Source: the human T2T-CHM13v2.0 reference genome, Homo sapiens
Reading direction: 5' to 3' (one strand)
Length of the DNA: 64,000 nucleotides
Assembly (NCBI RefSeq): GCF_009914755.1
Contig: NC_060925.1
Positions 45,301 to 60,500 of the stretch are shown here, one piece after another (the first letter of the stretch is position 1; the number at the start of each line of letters is the position of its first letter). A model generated the notes under the pieces. The model was not told the origin of the DNA. It made no database searches and saw only the letters and a program-made list of their open reading frames with translations. The translations under genes and the position numbers were made by a program.

Positions 45301-46964
45301 TTGAATGGAATCGAATGGAATCATCATCAGATGGAAATGAATGGAATCGTCATAGAATGGAATCGAATGGATTCATTGAATGGAATCAGATGGAATCATC
45401 GAATGGACTGGAATGGAATCATTGAATGGACTCGAAAGGGATCATGATTGAATGGAATTGAATGGAATCATCGAATGGTCTCGATTGGAATCATTATCAA
45501 ATGGAATCGAATGGAATCACCGAATAGAATCGAATGGAACAATCATCGAATGGACTCAAATGGAATTATCCTCCAATGGAATCGAATGGAATTATCGAAT
45601 GCAATCGAATGGAATTATCGAATGCAATCGAATAGAATCATCGAATGGACTCGAATGGAATCATCGAATGGAATGGAATGGAACAGTCAATGAACTCGAA
45701 TGGAATCATCATTGAATGGAATCGAATGGAATCATCGAGTGGAATCGAATGGAATTATGATCAAATGGAATGGAATGTAATCATCATCAAATGGAATCAA
45801 AAATAACCATCATCAATTGGTATTGAATGGAATTGTCATCAAATGGAATTCAAAGGAATCATCATCAAATGGAACCGAATGGAATCCTCATTGAATGGAA
45901 ATGAAAGGGGTCATCATCTAATGGAATCGCATGGAATCATCATCAAATGGAATCGAATGGAATCATCATCAAATGGAATCTAATGGAATCATTGAACAGA
46001 ATTGAATGGAATCGTCATCGAATGAATTGAATGCAATCATCGAATGGTCTCGAATGGAATCATCTTCTAATGGAAAGGAATGGAATCATCGCATAGAATC
46101 GAATGGAATTATCATCGAATGGAATCGAATGGTATCAACACCAAACGGAAAAAAACGGAATTATCGAATGGAATCGAAGAGAATCTTCGAACGGACCCGA
46201 ATGGAATCATCTAATGGAATGGAATGGAATAATCCATGGACTCGAATGCAATCATCATCGAATGGAATCGAATGGAATCATCGAATGGACTCGAATGGAA
46301 TAATCATTGAACGGAATCGAATGGAATCATCATCGGATGGAAACGAATGGAATCATCATCGAATGGAAATGAAAGGAGTCATCATCTAATGGAATTGCAT
46401 GGAATCATCATAAAATGGAATCGAATGGAATCAACATCAAATGGAATCAAATGGAATCATTGAACGGAATTGAATGGAATCGTCATCGAATGAATTGAAT
46501 GCAATCATCGAATGGTCTCGAATGGAATCATCTTCAAATGGAATGGAATGGAATCATCGCATAGAATCGAATGGAATTATCATCGAATGGAATCGAATGG
46601 AATCAACATCAAACGGAAAAAAACGTAATTATCGAATGGAATCGAAGAGAATCATCGAATGGACCCGAATGGAATCATCTAATGGAATGGAATGGAATAA
46701 TCCATGGACTCGAATGCAATCATCATCGAATGGAATCGAATGGACTCGAATGGAATAATCATTGAACGGAATCGAATGGAATCATCATCGGATGGAAATG
46801 AATGGAATCATCATCGAATGGAATCGAATAGAATTATGGAATGAAATCCAGTGTGATCATCATCGAATGGACACGAATGGAATCATCATCCAACGGAAGC
46901 TAATGGAATCAACATCGAATGAATCAAATGGAAACACCATCGAATTGAAACGAATGGAATTACC
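36322..46964 (+). repeat. Local 3552-bp dimeric higher-order repeat, three copies
   Basis: Units at 36322/39874/43426 carry AATTTAAT, TGTTATC and CAATCAAAATCG. The intervening units at 38098/41650/45202 carry CCTCCAAT and GAATGGAATGTAA. Confidence 0.85.
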
Positions 46965-49182
46965 ATGAAATTGAAATGGATGGACTCATCATCAAATGGA
47001 TTCGAGTGGAATCATCGAATAAAATTGATTGAAATCATCATCGAATGGAATCGAATGGTATCATTGAATGGAATCGAATGGAATCATCATCAGATGGAAA
47101 TGAAAGGAATCGTCATAGAATGGAATCGAATGGATTCATTGAATGGAATCAGATGGAATCATTGAATGGACTGGAATGGAATCATTGAATGGACTCGAAA
47201 GGGATCATGATTGAATGGAATTGAATGGAATCATCGAATGGTCTCGATTGGAATCATTATCAAATGGAATCGAATGGAATCACCGAATAGAATCGAATGG
47301 AACAATCATCTAATGGACTCAAATGGAATTATCCTCAAATGGAATCGAATGGAATTATCGAATGCAATCGAATGGAATTATCGAATGCAATCGAAGAGGA
47401 TCATCGAATGGACTCGAATGGAATCATCGAATGGAATGGAATGGAACAGTCAATGAACTCGAATGGAATCATCATTGAATGGAATCGAATGGAATCATCG
47501 AGTGGAATCGAATGGAATTATGATCAAATGGAATCGAATGTAATCATCATCAAATGGAATCAAAAATAACCATCATCAATTGGTATTGAATGGAATTCTC
47601 ATCAAATGGAATTCAAAGGAATCATCATCAAATGGAACCGAATGGAATCCTCATTGAATGGAAATGAAAGGGGTCATCATCTAATGGAATCGCATGGAAT
47701 CATCATCAAATGGAATCGAATGGAATCAACATCAAATGGAATCTAATGGAATCATTGAACGGAATTGAATGGAATCGTCATCGAATGAATTGAATGCAAT
47801 CATCGAATGGTCTCGAATGGAATCATCTTCAAATGGAATGGAATGGAATCATCGCATAGAATCGAATGGAATTATCATCGAATGGAATCGAATGGAATCA
47901 ACATCAAACAGAAAAAAACGGAATTATCGAATGGAATCGAAGAGAATCTTCGAACGGACCCGAATGGAATCATCTAATGGAATGGAATGGAATAATCCAT
48001 GGACTCGAATGCAATCATCATCGAATGGAATCGAATGGAATCATCGAATGGACTCAAATGGAATAATCATTGAACGGAATCGAATGGAATCATCATCGGA
48101 TGGAAACGAATGGAATCATCATCGAATGGAAATGAAAGGAGTCATCATCTAATGGAATTGCATGGAATCATCATAAAATGGAATCGAATGGAATCAACAT
48201 CAAATGGAATCAAATGGAATCATTGAACGGAATTGAATGGAATCGTCATCGAATGAATTGAATGCAATCATCGAATGGTCTCGAATGGAATCATCTTCAA
48301 ATGGAATGGAATGGAATCATCGCATAGAATCGAATGGAATTATCATCGAATGGAATCGAATGGAATCAACATGAAACGGAAAAAAACGGAATTATCGAAT
48401 GGAATCGAAGAGAATCATCGAATGGACCCGAATGGAATCATCTAATGGAATGGAATGGAATAATCCATGGACTCGAATGCAATCATCATCGAATGGAATC
48501 GAATGGAATCATCGAATGGACTCGAATGGAATAATCATTGAACGGAATCGAATGGAATCATCATCGGATGGAAATGAAAGGAGTCATCATCTAATGGAAT
48601 TGCATGGAATCATCATAAAATGGAATCGAATGGAATCAACATCAAATGGAATCAAATGGAATCATTGAACGGAATTGAATGGAATCGTCATCGAATGAAT
48701 TGAAAGCAATCATCGAATGGTCTCGAATGGAATCATCTTCAAATGGAATGGAATGGAATCATCGCATAGAATCGAATGGAATTATCATCGAATGGAATCG
48801 AATGGAATCAACATCAAACGGAAAAAAACGGAATTATCGAATGGAATCGAAGAGAATCATCGAATGGACCCGAATGGAATCATCTAATGGAATGGAATGG
48901 AATAATCCATGGACTCGAATGCAATCATCATCGAATGGATTCGAATGGAATCATCGAATGGACTCGAATGGAATAATCATTGAACGGAATCGAATGGAAT
49001 CATCATCGGATGGAAATGAATGGAATCATCATCGAATGGAATCGAATAGAATTATGGAATGAAATCCAGTGTGATCATCATCGAATGGACCCGAATGGAA
49101 TCATCATCCAACGGAAGCTAATGGAATCAACATCGAATGAATCAAATGGAAACACCATCGAATTGAAACGAATGGAATTACC
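46965..49182 (+). repeat. Long variant unit, 2218 bp (extra 442-bp block)
   Basis: Spacing 46965 to 49183 = 1776+442; junction CGGATGGAAATGAAAGGAGTC at ~48565. Confidence 0.92.
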
Positions 49183-50490
49183 ATGAAATTGAAATGGATG
49201 GACTCATCATCGAATGGATTCGAATGGAATCATCGAATAAAATTGATTGAAATCATCATCGAATGGAATCGAATGGTATCATTGAATGGAATCGAATGGA
49301 ATCATCATCAGATGGAAATGAAAGGAATCGTCATAGAATGGAATCGAATGGATTCATTGAATGGAATCAGATGGAATCATCGAATGGACTGGAATGGAAT
49401 CATTGAATGGACTCGAAAGGGATCATTATTGAATGGAATTGAATGGAATCATCGAATGGTCTCGATTGGAATCATTATCAAATGGAATCGAATGGAATCA
49501 CCGAATAGAATCGAATGGAACAATCATCGAATGGACACAAATGGAATTATCCTCAAATGGAATCGAATGGAATTATCGAATGCAATCGAATGGAATTATC
49601 GAATGCAATCGAATAGAATCATCGAATGGACTCGAATGGAATCATCGAATGGAATGGAATGGAACAGTCAATGAACTCGAATGGAATCATCATTGAATGG
49701 AATCGAATGGAATCATCGAGTGGAATCGAATGTAATCATCATCAAATGGAATCAAAAATAACCATCATCAAATGGAATCAAAAATAACCATCATCAATTG
49801 GTAGTGAATGGAATTCTCATCAAATGGAATTCAAAGGAATCATCATCAAATGGAACCGAATGGAATCCTCATTGAATGGAAATGAAAGGGGTTATCATCT
49901 AATGGAATCGCATGGAATCATCATAAAATGGAATCGAATGGAATCAACATCAAATGGAATCAAATGGAATCATTGAACGGAATTGAATGGAATCGTCATC
50001 GAATGAATTGAATGCAATCATCGAATGGTCTCGAATGGAATCATCTTCAAATGGAATGGAATGGAATCATCACTTAGAATCGAATGGAATTATCATCGAA
50101 TGGAATCGAATGGAATCAACATCAAACGGAAAAAAACGGAATTATCGAATGCAATCGAAGAGAATCATCGAATGGACCCGAATGGAATCATCTAATGGAA
50201 TGGAATGGAATAATCCATGGACTCGAATGCAATCATCATCGAATGGAATCGAATGGAATCATCGAATGGACTCGAATGGAATAATCATTGAACGGAATCG
50301 AATGGAATCATCATCGGATGGAAACGAATGGAATCATCATCGAATGGAATCAAATAGAATTATGGAATGAAATCCAGTGTGATCATCATCGAATGGACCC
50401 GAATGGAATCATCATCCAACGGAAGCTAATGGAATCAACATCGAATGAATCAAATGGAAACACCATCGAATTGAAACGAATGGAATTACC
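49183..50490 (+). repeat. Short variant unit, 1308 bp (single internal block)
   Basis: Spacing 49183 to 50491 = 1776-468; only one AAACGGAAAAAAACGG motif in the unit. Confidence 0.92.
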
Positions 50491-53400
50491 ATGAAATTGA
50501 AATGGATGGACTCATCATCAAATGGATTCGAATGGATTCATCAAATAAAATTGATTGAAATCATCATCGAATGGAATCGAATGGTATCATTGAATGGAAT
50601 CGAATGGAATCATCATCAGATGGAAATGAATGGAATCGTCATAGAATGGAATCGAATGGATTCATTGAATGGAATCAGATGGAATCATTGAATGGACTGG
50701 AATGGAATCATTGAATGGACTCGAAAGGGATCATTATTGAATGGAATTGAATGGAATCATCGAATGGTCTCGATTGGAATCATTATCAAATGGAATCGAA
50801 TGGAATCACCGAATAGAATCGAATGGAACAATCATCGAATGGACTCAAATGGAATTATCCTCCAATGGAATCGAATGGAATTATCGAATGCAATCGAATG
50901 GAATTATCGAATGCAATCGAATAGAATCATCGAATGGACTCGAATGGAATCATCGAATGGAATGGAATGGAACAGTCAATGAACTCGAATGGAATCATCA
51001 TTGAATGGAATCGAATGGAATCATCGAGTGGAATCGAATGGAATTATGATCAAATGGAATGGAATGTAATCATCATCAAATGGAATCAAAAATAACCATC
51101 ATCAATTGGTATTGAATGGAATTGTCATCAAATGGAATTCAAAGGAATCATCATCAAATGGAACCGAATGGAATCCTCATTGAATGGAAATGAAAGGGGT
51201 CATCATCTAATGGAATCGCATGGAATCATCATCAAATGGAATCGAATGGAATCATCATCAAATGGAATCTAATGGAATCATTGAACAGAATTGAATGGAA
51301 TCGTCATCGAATGAATTGAATGCAATCATCGAATGGTCTCGAATGGAATCATCTTCTAATGGAAAGGAATGGAATCATCGCATAGAATCGAATGGAATTA
51401 TCATCGAATGGAATCGAATGGTATCAACACCAAACGGAAAAAAACGGAATTATCGAATGGAATCGAAGAGAATCTTCGAACGGACCCGAATGGAATCATC
51501 TAATGGAATGGAATGGAATAATCCATGGACTCGAATGCAATCATCATCGAATGGAATCGAATGGAATCATCGAATGGACTCGAATGGAATAATCATTGAA
51601 CGGAATCGATTGGAATCATCATCGGATGGAAACGAATGGAATCATCATCGAATGGAAATGAAAGGAGTCATCATCTAATGGAATTGCATGGAAACATCAT
51701 AAAATGGAATCGAATGGAATCAACATCAAATGGAATCAAATGGAATCATTGAACGGAATTGAATGGAATCGTCATCGAATGAATTGACTGCAATCATCCA
51801 ATGGTCTCGAATGGAATCATCTTCAAATGGAATGGAATGGAATCATCGCATAGAATCGAATGGAATTATCATCGAATGGAATCGAATGGAATCAACATCC
51901 AACGGAAAAAAACGGAATTATCGAATGGAATCGAAGAGAATCATCGAATGGACCCGAATGGAATCATCTAATGGAATGGAATGGAATAATCCATGGACTC
52001 GAATGCAATCATCATCGAATGGAATCGAATGGAATCATCGAATGGACTCGAATGGAATAATCATTGAACGGAATCGAATGGAATCATCATCGGATGGAAA
52101 TGAATGGAATCATCATCGAATGGAATCGAATAGAATTATGGAATGAAATCCAGTGTGATCATCATCGAATGGACCCGAATGGAATCATCATCCAACGGAA
52201 GCTAATGGAATCAACATCGAATGAATCAAATGGAAACACCATCGAATTGAAACGAATGGAATTATCATGAAATTGAAATGGATGGACTCATCATCGAATG
52301 GATTCGAATGGAATCATCGAATAAAATTGATTGAAATCATCATCGAATGGAATCGAATGGTATCATTGAATGGAATCGAATGGAATCATCATCAGATGGA
52401 AATGAATGGAATCGTCATAGAATGGAATCGAATGGATTCATTGAATGGAATCAGATGGAATCATCGAATGGACTGGAATGGAATCATTGAATGGACTCGA
52501 AAGGGATCATGATTGAATGGAATTTAATGGAATCATCGAATGGTCTCGATTGGAATCATTATCAAATGGAATCGAATGGAATCACCGAATAGAATCGAAT
52601 GGAACAATCATCGAATGGACTCAAATGGAATTATCCTCCAATGGAATCGAATGGAATTATCGAATGCAATCGAATGGAATTATCGAATGCAATCGAATAG
52701 AATCATCGAATGGACTCGAATGGAATCATCGAATGGAATGGAATGGAACAGTCAATGAACTCGAATGGAATCATCATTGAATGGAATCGAATGGAATCAT
52801 CGAGTGGAATCGAATGGAATTATGATCAAATGGAATCGAATGTTATCCTCATCAAATGGAATCAAAAATAACCATCATCAATTGGTATTGAATGGAATTG
52901 TCATCAAATGGAATTCAAAGGAATCATCATCAAATGGAACCGAATGGAATCCTCATTGAATGGAAATGAAAGGGGTCATCATCTAATGGAATCGCATGGA
53001 ATCATCATCAAATGGAATCGAATGGAATCATCATCAAATGGAATCTAATGGAATCATTGAACAGAATTGAATGGAATCGTCATCGAATGAATTGAATGCA
53101 ATCATCGAATGGTCTCGAATGGAATCATCTTCTAATGGAAAGGAATGGAATCATCGCATAGAATCGAATGGAATTATCATCGAATGGAATCGAATGGTAT
53201 CAACACCAAACGGAAAAATACGGAATTATCGAATGGAATCGAAGAGAATCTTCGAACGGAACCGAATGGAATCATCTAATGGAATGGAATGGAATAATCC
53301 ATGGACTCGAATGCAATCATCATCGAATGGAATCAAATGGAATCATCGAATGGACTCGAATGGAATAATCATTGAACGGAATCGAATGGAATCATCATCG

Positions 53401-54042
53401 GATGGAAACGAATGGAATCATCATCGAATGGAAATGAAAGGAGTCATCATCTAATGGAATTGCATGGAATCATCATAAAATGGAATCGAACGGAATCAAC
53501 ATCAAATGGAATCAAATGGAATCATTGAACGGAATTGAATGGAATCGTCATCGAATGAATTGAATGCAATCATCGAATGGTCTCGAATGGAATCATCTTC
53601 AAATGGAATGGAATGGAATCATCGCATAGAATCGAATGGAATTATCATCGAATGGAATCGAATGGAATCAACATCAAACGGAAAAAAACGGAATTATCGA
53701 ATGGAATCGAAGAGAATCATCGAATGGACCCGAATGGAATCATCTAATGGAATGGAATGGAATAATCCATGGACTCGAATGCAATCATCATCGAATGGAA
53801 TCGAATGGAATCATCGAATGGACTCGAATGGAATAATCATTGAACGGAATCGAATGGAATCATCATCGGATGGAAATGAATGGAATCATCATCGAATGGA
53901 ATCGAATAGAATTATGGAATGAAATCCAGTGTGATCATCATCGAATGGACACGAATGGAATCATCATCCAACGGAAGCTAATGTAATCAACATCGAATGA
54001 ATCAAATGGAAACACCATCGAATTGAAACGAATGGAATTACC

Positions 54043-56261
54043 ATGAAATTGAAATGGATGGACTCATCATCAAATGGATTCGAGTGGAATCATCGAATAA
54101 AATTGATTGAAATCATCATCGAATGGAATCGAATGGTATCATTGAATGGAATCGAATGGAATCATCATCAGATGGAAATGAAAGGAATCGTCATAGAATG
54201 GAATCGAATGGATTCATTGAATGGAATCAGATGGAATCATTGAATGGACTGGAATGGAATCATTGAATGGACTCGAAAGGGATAATGATTGAATGGAATT
54301 GAATGGAATCATCGAATGGTCTCGATTGGAATCATTATCAAATGGAATCGAATGGAATCACCGAATAGAATCGAATGGAACAATCATCTAATGGACTCAA
54401 ATGGAATTATCCTCAAATGGAATCGAATGGAATTATCGAATGCAATCGAATGGAATTATCGAATGCAATCGAAGAGAATCATCGAATAGACTCGAATGGA
54501 ATCATCGAATGGAATGGAATGGAACAGTCAATGAACTCGAATGGAATCATCATTGAATGGAATCGAATGGAATCATCGAGTGGAATCGAATGGAATTATG
54601 ATCAAATGGAATCGAATGTAATCATCATCAAATGGAATCAAAAATAACCATCATCAATTGGTATTGAATGGAATTCTCATCAAATGGAATTCAAAGGAAT
54701 CATCATCAAATGGAACCGAATGGAATCCTCATTGAATGGAAATGAAAGGGGTCATCATCTAATGGAATCGCATGGAATCATCATCAAATGGAATCGAATG
54801 GAATCAACATCAAATGGAATCTAATGGAATCATTGAACGGAATTGAATGGAATCGTCATCGAATGAATTGAATGCAATCATCGAATGGTCTCGAATGGAA
54901 TCATCTTCAAATGGAATGGAATGGAATCATCGCATAGAATCGAATGGAATTATCATCGAATGGAATCGAATGGAATCAACATCAAACGGAAAAAAACGGA
55001 ATTATCGAATGGAATCGAAGAGAATCTTCGAACGGACCCGAATGGAATCATCTAATGGAATGGAATGGAATAATCCATGGACTCGAATGCTATCATCATC
55101 GAATGGAATCGAATGGAATCATCGAATGGACTCGAATGGAATAATCATTGAACGGAATCGAATGGAATCATCATCGGATGGAAACGAATGGAATCATCAT
55201 CGAATGGAAATGAAAGGAGTCATCATCTAATGGAATTGCATGGAATCATCATAAAATGGAATCGAATGGAATCAACATCAAATGGAATCAAATGGAATCA
55301 TTGAACGGAATTGAATGGAATCGTCATCGAATGAATTGACTGCAATCATCCAATGGTCTCGAATGGAATCATCTTCAAATGGAATGGAATGGAATCATCG
55401 CATAGAATCGAATGGAATTATCATCGAATGGAATCGAATGGAATCAACATCAAACGGAAAAAAACGGAATTATCGAATGGAATCGAAGAGAATCATCGAA
55501 TGGACCCGAATGGAATCATCTAATGGAATGGAATGGAATAATCCATGGACTCGAATGCAATCATCATCGAATGGAATCGAATGGAATCATCGAATGGACT
55601 CGAATGGAATAATCATTGAACGGAATCGAATGGAATCATCATCGGATGGAAATGAAAGGAGTCATCATCTAATGGAATTGCATGGAATCATCATAAAATG
55701 GAATCGAATGGAATCAACATCAAATGGAATCAAATGGAATCATTGAACGGAATTGAATGGAATCGTCATCGAATGAATTGAAAGCAATCATAGAATGGTC
55801 TCGAATGGAATCATCTTCAAATGGAATGGAATGGAATCATCGCATAGAATCGAATGGAATTATCATCGAATGGAATCGAATGGAATCAACATCAAACGGA
55901 AAAAAAACGGAATTATCGAATGGAATCGAAGAGAATCATCGAATGCACCCGAATGGAATCATCTAATGGAATGGAATGGAATAATCCATGGACTCGAATG
56001 CAATCATCATCGAATGGAATCGAATGGAATCATCGAATGGACTCGAATGGAATAATCATTGAACGGAATCGAATGGAATCATCATCGGATGGAAATGAAT
56101 GGAATCATCATCGAATGGAATCGAATAGAATTATGGAATGAAATCCAGTGTGATCATCATCGAATGGACCCGAATGGAATCATCATACAACGGAAGCTAA
56201 TGGAATCAACATCGAATGAATCAAATGGAAACACCATCGAATTGAAACGAATGGAATTACC
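54043..56261 (+). repeat. Long variant unit, 2219 bp (extra 442-bp block plus 1-bp A insertion)
   Basis: Same junction at ~55643; A8 instead of A7 at ~55900-55907. Confidence 0.9.
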
Positions 56262-57569
56262 ATGAAATTGAAATGGATGGACTCATCATCGAATGGATTC
56301 GAATGGAATCATCGAATAAAATTGATTGAAATCATCATCGAATGGAATCGAATGGTATCATTGAATGGAATCGAATGGAATCATCATCAGATGGAAATGA
56401 ATGGAATCGTCATAGAATGGAATCGAATGGCTTAATTGAATGGAATCAGATGGAATCATCGAATGGACTGGAATGGAATCATTGAATGGACTCGAAAGGG
56501 ATCATTATTGAATGGAATTGAATGGAATCATCGAATGGTCTCGATTGGAATCATTATCAAATGGAATCGAATGGAATCACCGAATAGAATCGAATGGAAC
56601 AATCATCGAATGGACACAAATGGAATTATCCTCAAATGGAATCGAATGGAATTATCGAATGCAATCAAATGGAATTATCGAATGCAATCGAATAGAATCA
56701 TCGAATGGACTCGAATGGAATCATCGAATGGAATGGAATGGAACAGTCAATGAACTCGAATGGAATCATCATTGAATGGAATCGAATGGAATCATCGAGT
56801 GGAATCGAATGTAATCATCATCAAATGGAATCAAAAATAACCATCATCAAATGGAATCAAAAATAACCATCATCAATTGGTAGTGAATGGAATTCTCATC
56901 AAATGGAATTCAAAGGAATCATCATCAAATGGAACCGAATGGAATCCTCATTGAATGGAAATGAAAGGGGTTATCATCTAATGGAATCGCATGGAATCAT
57001 CATAAAATGGAATCGAATGGAATCAACATCAAATGGAATCAAATGGAATCATTGAACGGAATTGAATGGAATCGTCATCGAATGAATTGAATGCAATCAT
57101 CGAATGGTCTCGAATGGAATCATCTTCAAATGGAATGGAATGGAATGAGCACATAGAATCGAATGGAATTATCATCGAATGGAATCGAATGGAATCAACA
57201 TCAAACGGAAAAAAACGGAATTATCGAATGCAATCGAAGAGAATCATCGAATGGACCCGAATGGAATCATCTAATGGAATGGAATGGAATAATCCATGGA
57301 CTCGAATGCAATCATCATCGAATGGAATCGAATGGAATCATCGAATGGACTCGAATGGAATAATCATTGAACGGAATCTAATGGAATCATCATCGGATGG
57401 AAACGAATGGAATCATCATCGAATGGAATCAAATAGAATTATGGAATGAAATCCAGTGTGATCATCATCGAATGGACCCGAATGGAATCATCATCCAACG
57501 GAAGCTAATGGAATCAACATCGAATGAATCGAATGGAAACACCATCGAATTGAAACGAATGGAATTACC
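56262..57569 (+). repeat. Short variant unit, 1308 bp
   Basis: Landmark spacing 56262 to 57570. Confidence 0.9.
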
Positions 57570-60500
57570 ATGAAATTGAAATGGATGGACTCATCATCAA
57601 ATGGATTCGAATGGATTCATCAAATAAAATTGATTGAAATCATCATCGAATGGAATCGAATGGTATCATTGAATGGAATCGAATGGAATCATCATCAGAT
57701 GGAAATGAATGGAATCGTCATAGAATGGAATCGAATGGATTCATTGAATGGAATCAGATGGAATCATTGAATGGACTGGAATGGAATCATTGAATGGACT
57801 CGAAAGGGATCATTATTGAATGGAATTGAATGGAATCATCGAATGGTCTCGATTGGAATCATTATCAAATGGAATCGAATGGAATCACCGAATAGAATCG
57901 AATGGAACAATCATCGAATGGACTCAAATGGAATTATCCTCCAATGGAATCGAATGGAATTATCGAATGCAATCGAATGGAGTTATCGAATGCAATCGAA
58001 TAGAATCATCGAATGGACTCGAATGGAATCATCGAATGGAATGGAATGGAATAGTCAATAAACTCGAATGGAATCATCATTGAATGGAATCGAATGGAAT
58101 CATCGAGTGGAATCGAATGGAATTATGATCAAATGGAATCGAATGTAATCATCATCAAATGGAATCAAAAATAACCATCATCAATTGATATTGAATGGAA
58201 TTGTCATCAAATGGAATTCAAAGGAATCATCATCAAATGGAACCGAATGGAATCCTCATTGAATGGAAATGAAAGGGGTCATCATCTAATGGAATCGCAT
58301 GGAATCATCATCAAATGGAATCGAATGGAATCATCATCAAATGGAATCGAATGGAATCATTGAAAGAATTGAATGGAATCATCATCGAATGAATTGAATG
58401 CAATCATCGAATGGTCTCGAATGGAATCATCTTCTAATGGAAAGGAATGGAATCATCGCATAGAATCGAATGGAATTATCATCGAATGGAATCGAATGGT
58501 ATCAACACCAAACGGAAAAAAACGGAATTATCGAATGGAATCGAAGAGAATCTTCGAACGGACCCGAATGGAATCATCTAATGGAATGGAATGGAATAAT
58601 CCATGGAGTCGAATGCAATCATCATCGAATGGAATGGAATGGAATCATCGAATGGACTCGAATGGAATAATCATTGAACGGAATCGAATGGAATCATCAT
58701 CGGATGGAAACGAATGGAATCATCATCGAATGGAAATGAAAGGAGTCATCATCTAATGGAATTGCATGGAATCATCATCAAATGGAATCGAATGGAATCA
58801 ACATCAAATGGAATCAAATGGAATCATTGAACGGAATTGAATGGAATCGTCATCGAATGAATTGAATGCAATCATCGAATGGTCTCGAATGGAATCATCT
58901 TCAAATGGAATGGAATGGAATCATCGCATAGAATCGAATGGAATTATCATCGAATGGAATCGAATGGAATCAACATCAAACGGAAAAAAACGTAATTATC
59001 GAATGGAATCGAAGAGAATCATCGAATGGACCCGAATGGAATCATCTAATGGAATGGAATGGAATAATCCATGGACTCGAATGCAATCATCATCGAATGG
59101 AATCGAATGGAATCATCGAATGGACTCGAATGGAATAATCATTGAACGGAATCGAATGGAATCATCATCGGATGGAAATGAATGGAATCATCATCGAATG
59201 GAATCGAATAGAATTATGGAATGAAATCCAGTGTGATCATCATCGAATGGACACGAATGGAATCATCATCCAACGGAAGCTAATGGAATCAACATCGAAT
59301 GAATCAAATGGAAACACCATCGAATTGAAACGAATGGAATTACCATGAAATTGAAATGGATGGACTCATCATCAAATGGATTCGAGTGGAATCATCGAAT
59401 AAAATTGATTGAAATCATCATCGAATGGAATCGAATGGTATCATTGAATGGAATCGAATGGAATCATCATCAGATGGAAATGAAAGGAATCGTCATAGAA
59501 TGGAATCGAATGGATTCATTGAATGGAATCAGATGGAATCATTGAATGGACTGGAATGGAATCATTGAATGGACTCGAAAGGGATCATGATTGAATGGAA
59601 TTGAATGGAATCATCGAATGATCTCGATTGGAATCATTATCAAATGGAATCGAATGGAATCACCGAATAGAATCGAATGGAACAATCATCTAATGGACTC
59701 AAATGGAATTATCCTCAAATGGAATCGAATGGAATTATCGAATGCAATCGAATGGAATTATCGAATGCAATCGAAGAGAATCATCGAATGGACTCGAATG
59801 GAATCATCGAATGGAATGGAATGGAACAGTCAATGAACTCGAATGGAATCATCATTGAATGGAATCGAATGGAATCATCGAGTGGAATCGAATGGAATTA
59901 TGATCAAATGGAATCGAATGTAATCATCATCAAATGGAATCAAAAATAACCATCATCAATTGGTATTGAATGGAATTCTCATCAAATGGAATTCAAAGGA
60001 ATCATCATCAAATGGAACCGAATGGAATCCTCATTGAATGGAAATGAAAGGGGTCATCATCTAATGGAATCGCATGGAATCATCATCAAATGGAATCGAA
60101 TGGAATCAACATCAAATGGAATCTAATGGAATCATTGAACGGAATTGAATGGAATCGTCATAGAATGAATTGAATGCAATCATCGAATGGTCTCGAATGG
60201 AATCATCTTCAAATGGAATGGAATGGAATCATCGCATAGAATCGAATGGAATTATCATCGAATGGAATCGAATGGAATCAACATCAAACGGAAAAAAACG
60301 GAATTATCGAATGGAATCGAAGAGAATCTTCGAACGGACCCGAATGGAATCATCTAATGGAATGGAATGGAATAATCCATGGACTCGAATGCAATCATCA
60401 TCGAATGGAATCGAATGGAATCATCGAATGGACTCGAATGGAATAATCATTGAACGGAATCGAATGGAATCATCATCGGATGGAAACGAATGGAATCATC

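Noticed and set aside
55895-58370. Single-base indels (A8 at ~55900; missing C at ~58364)
   Set aside because: Each is a singleton, one of them in a homopolymer, and cannot be distinguished from consensus error without reads.
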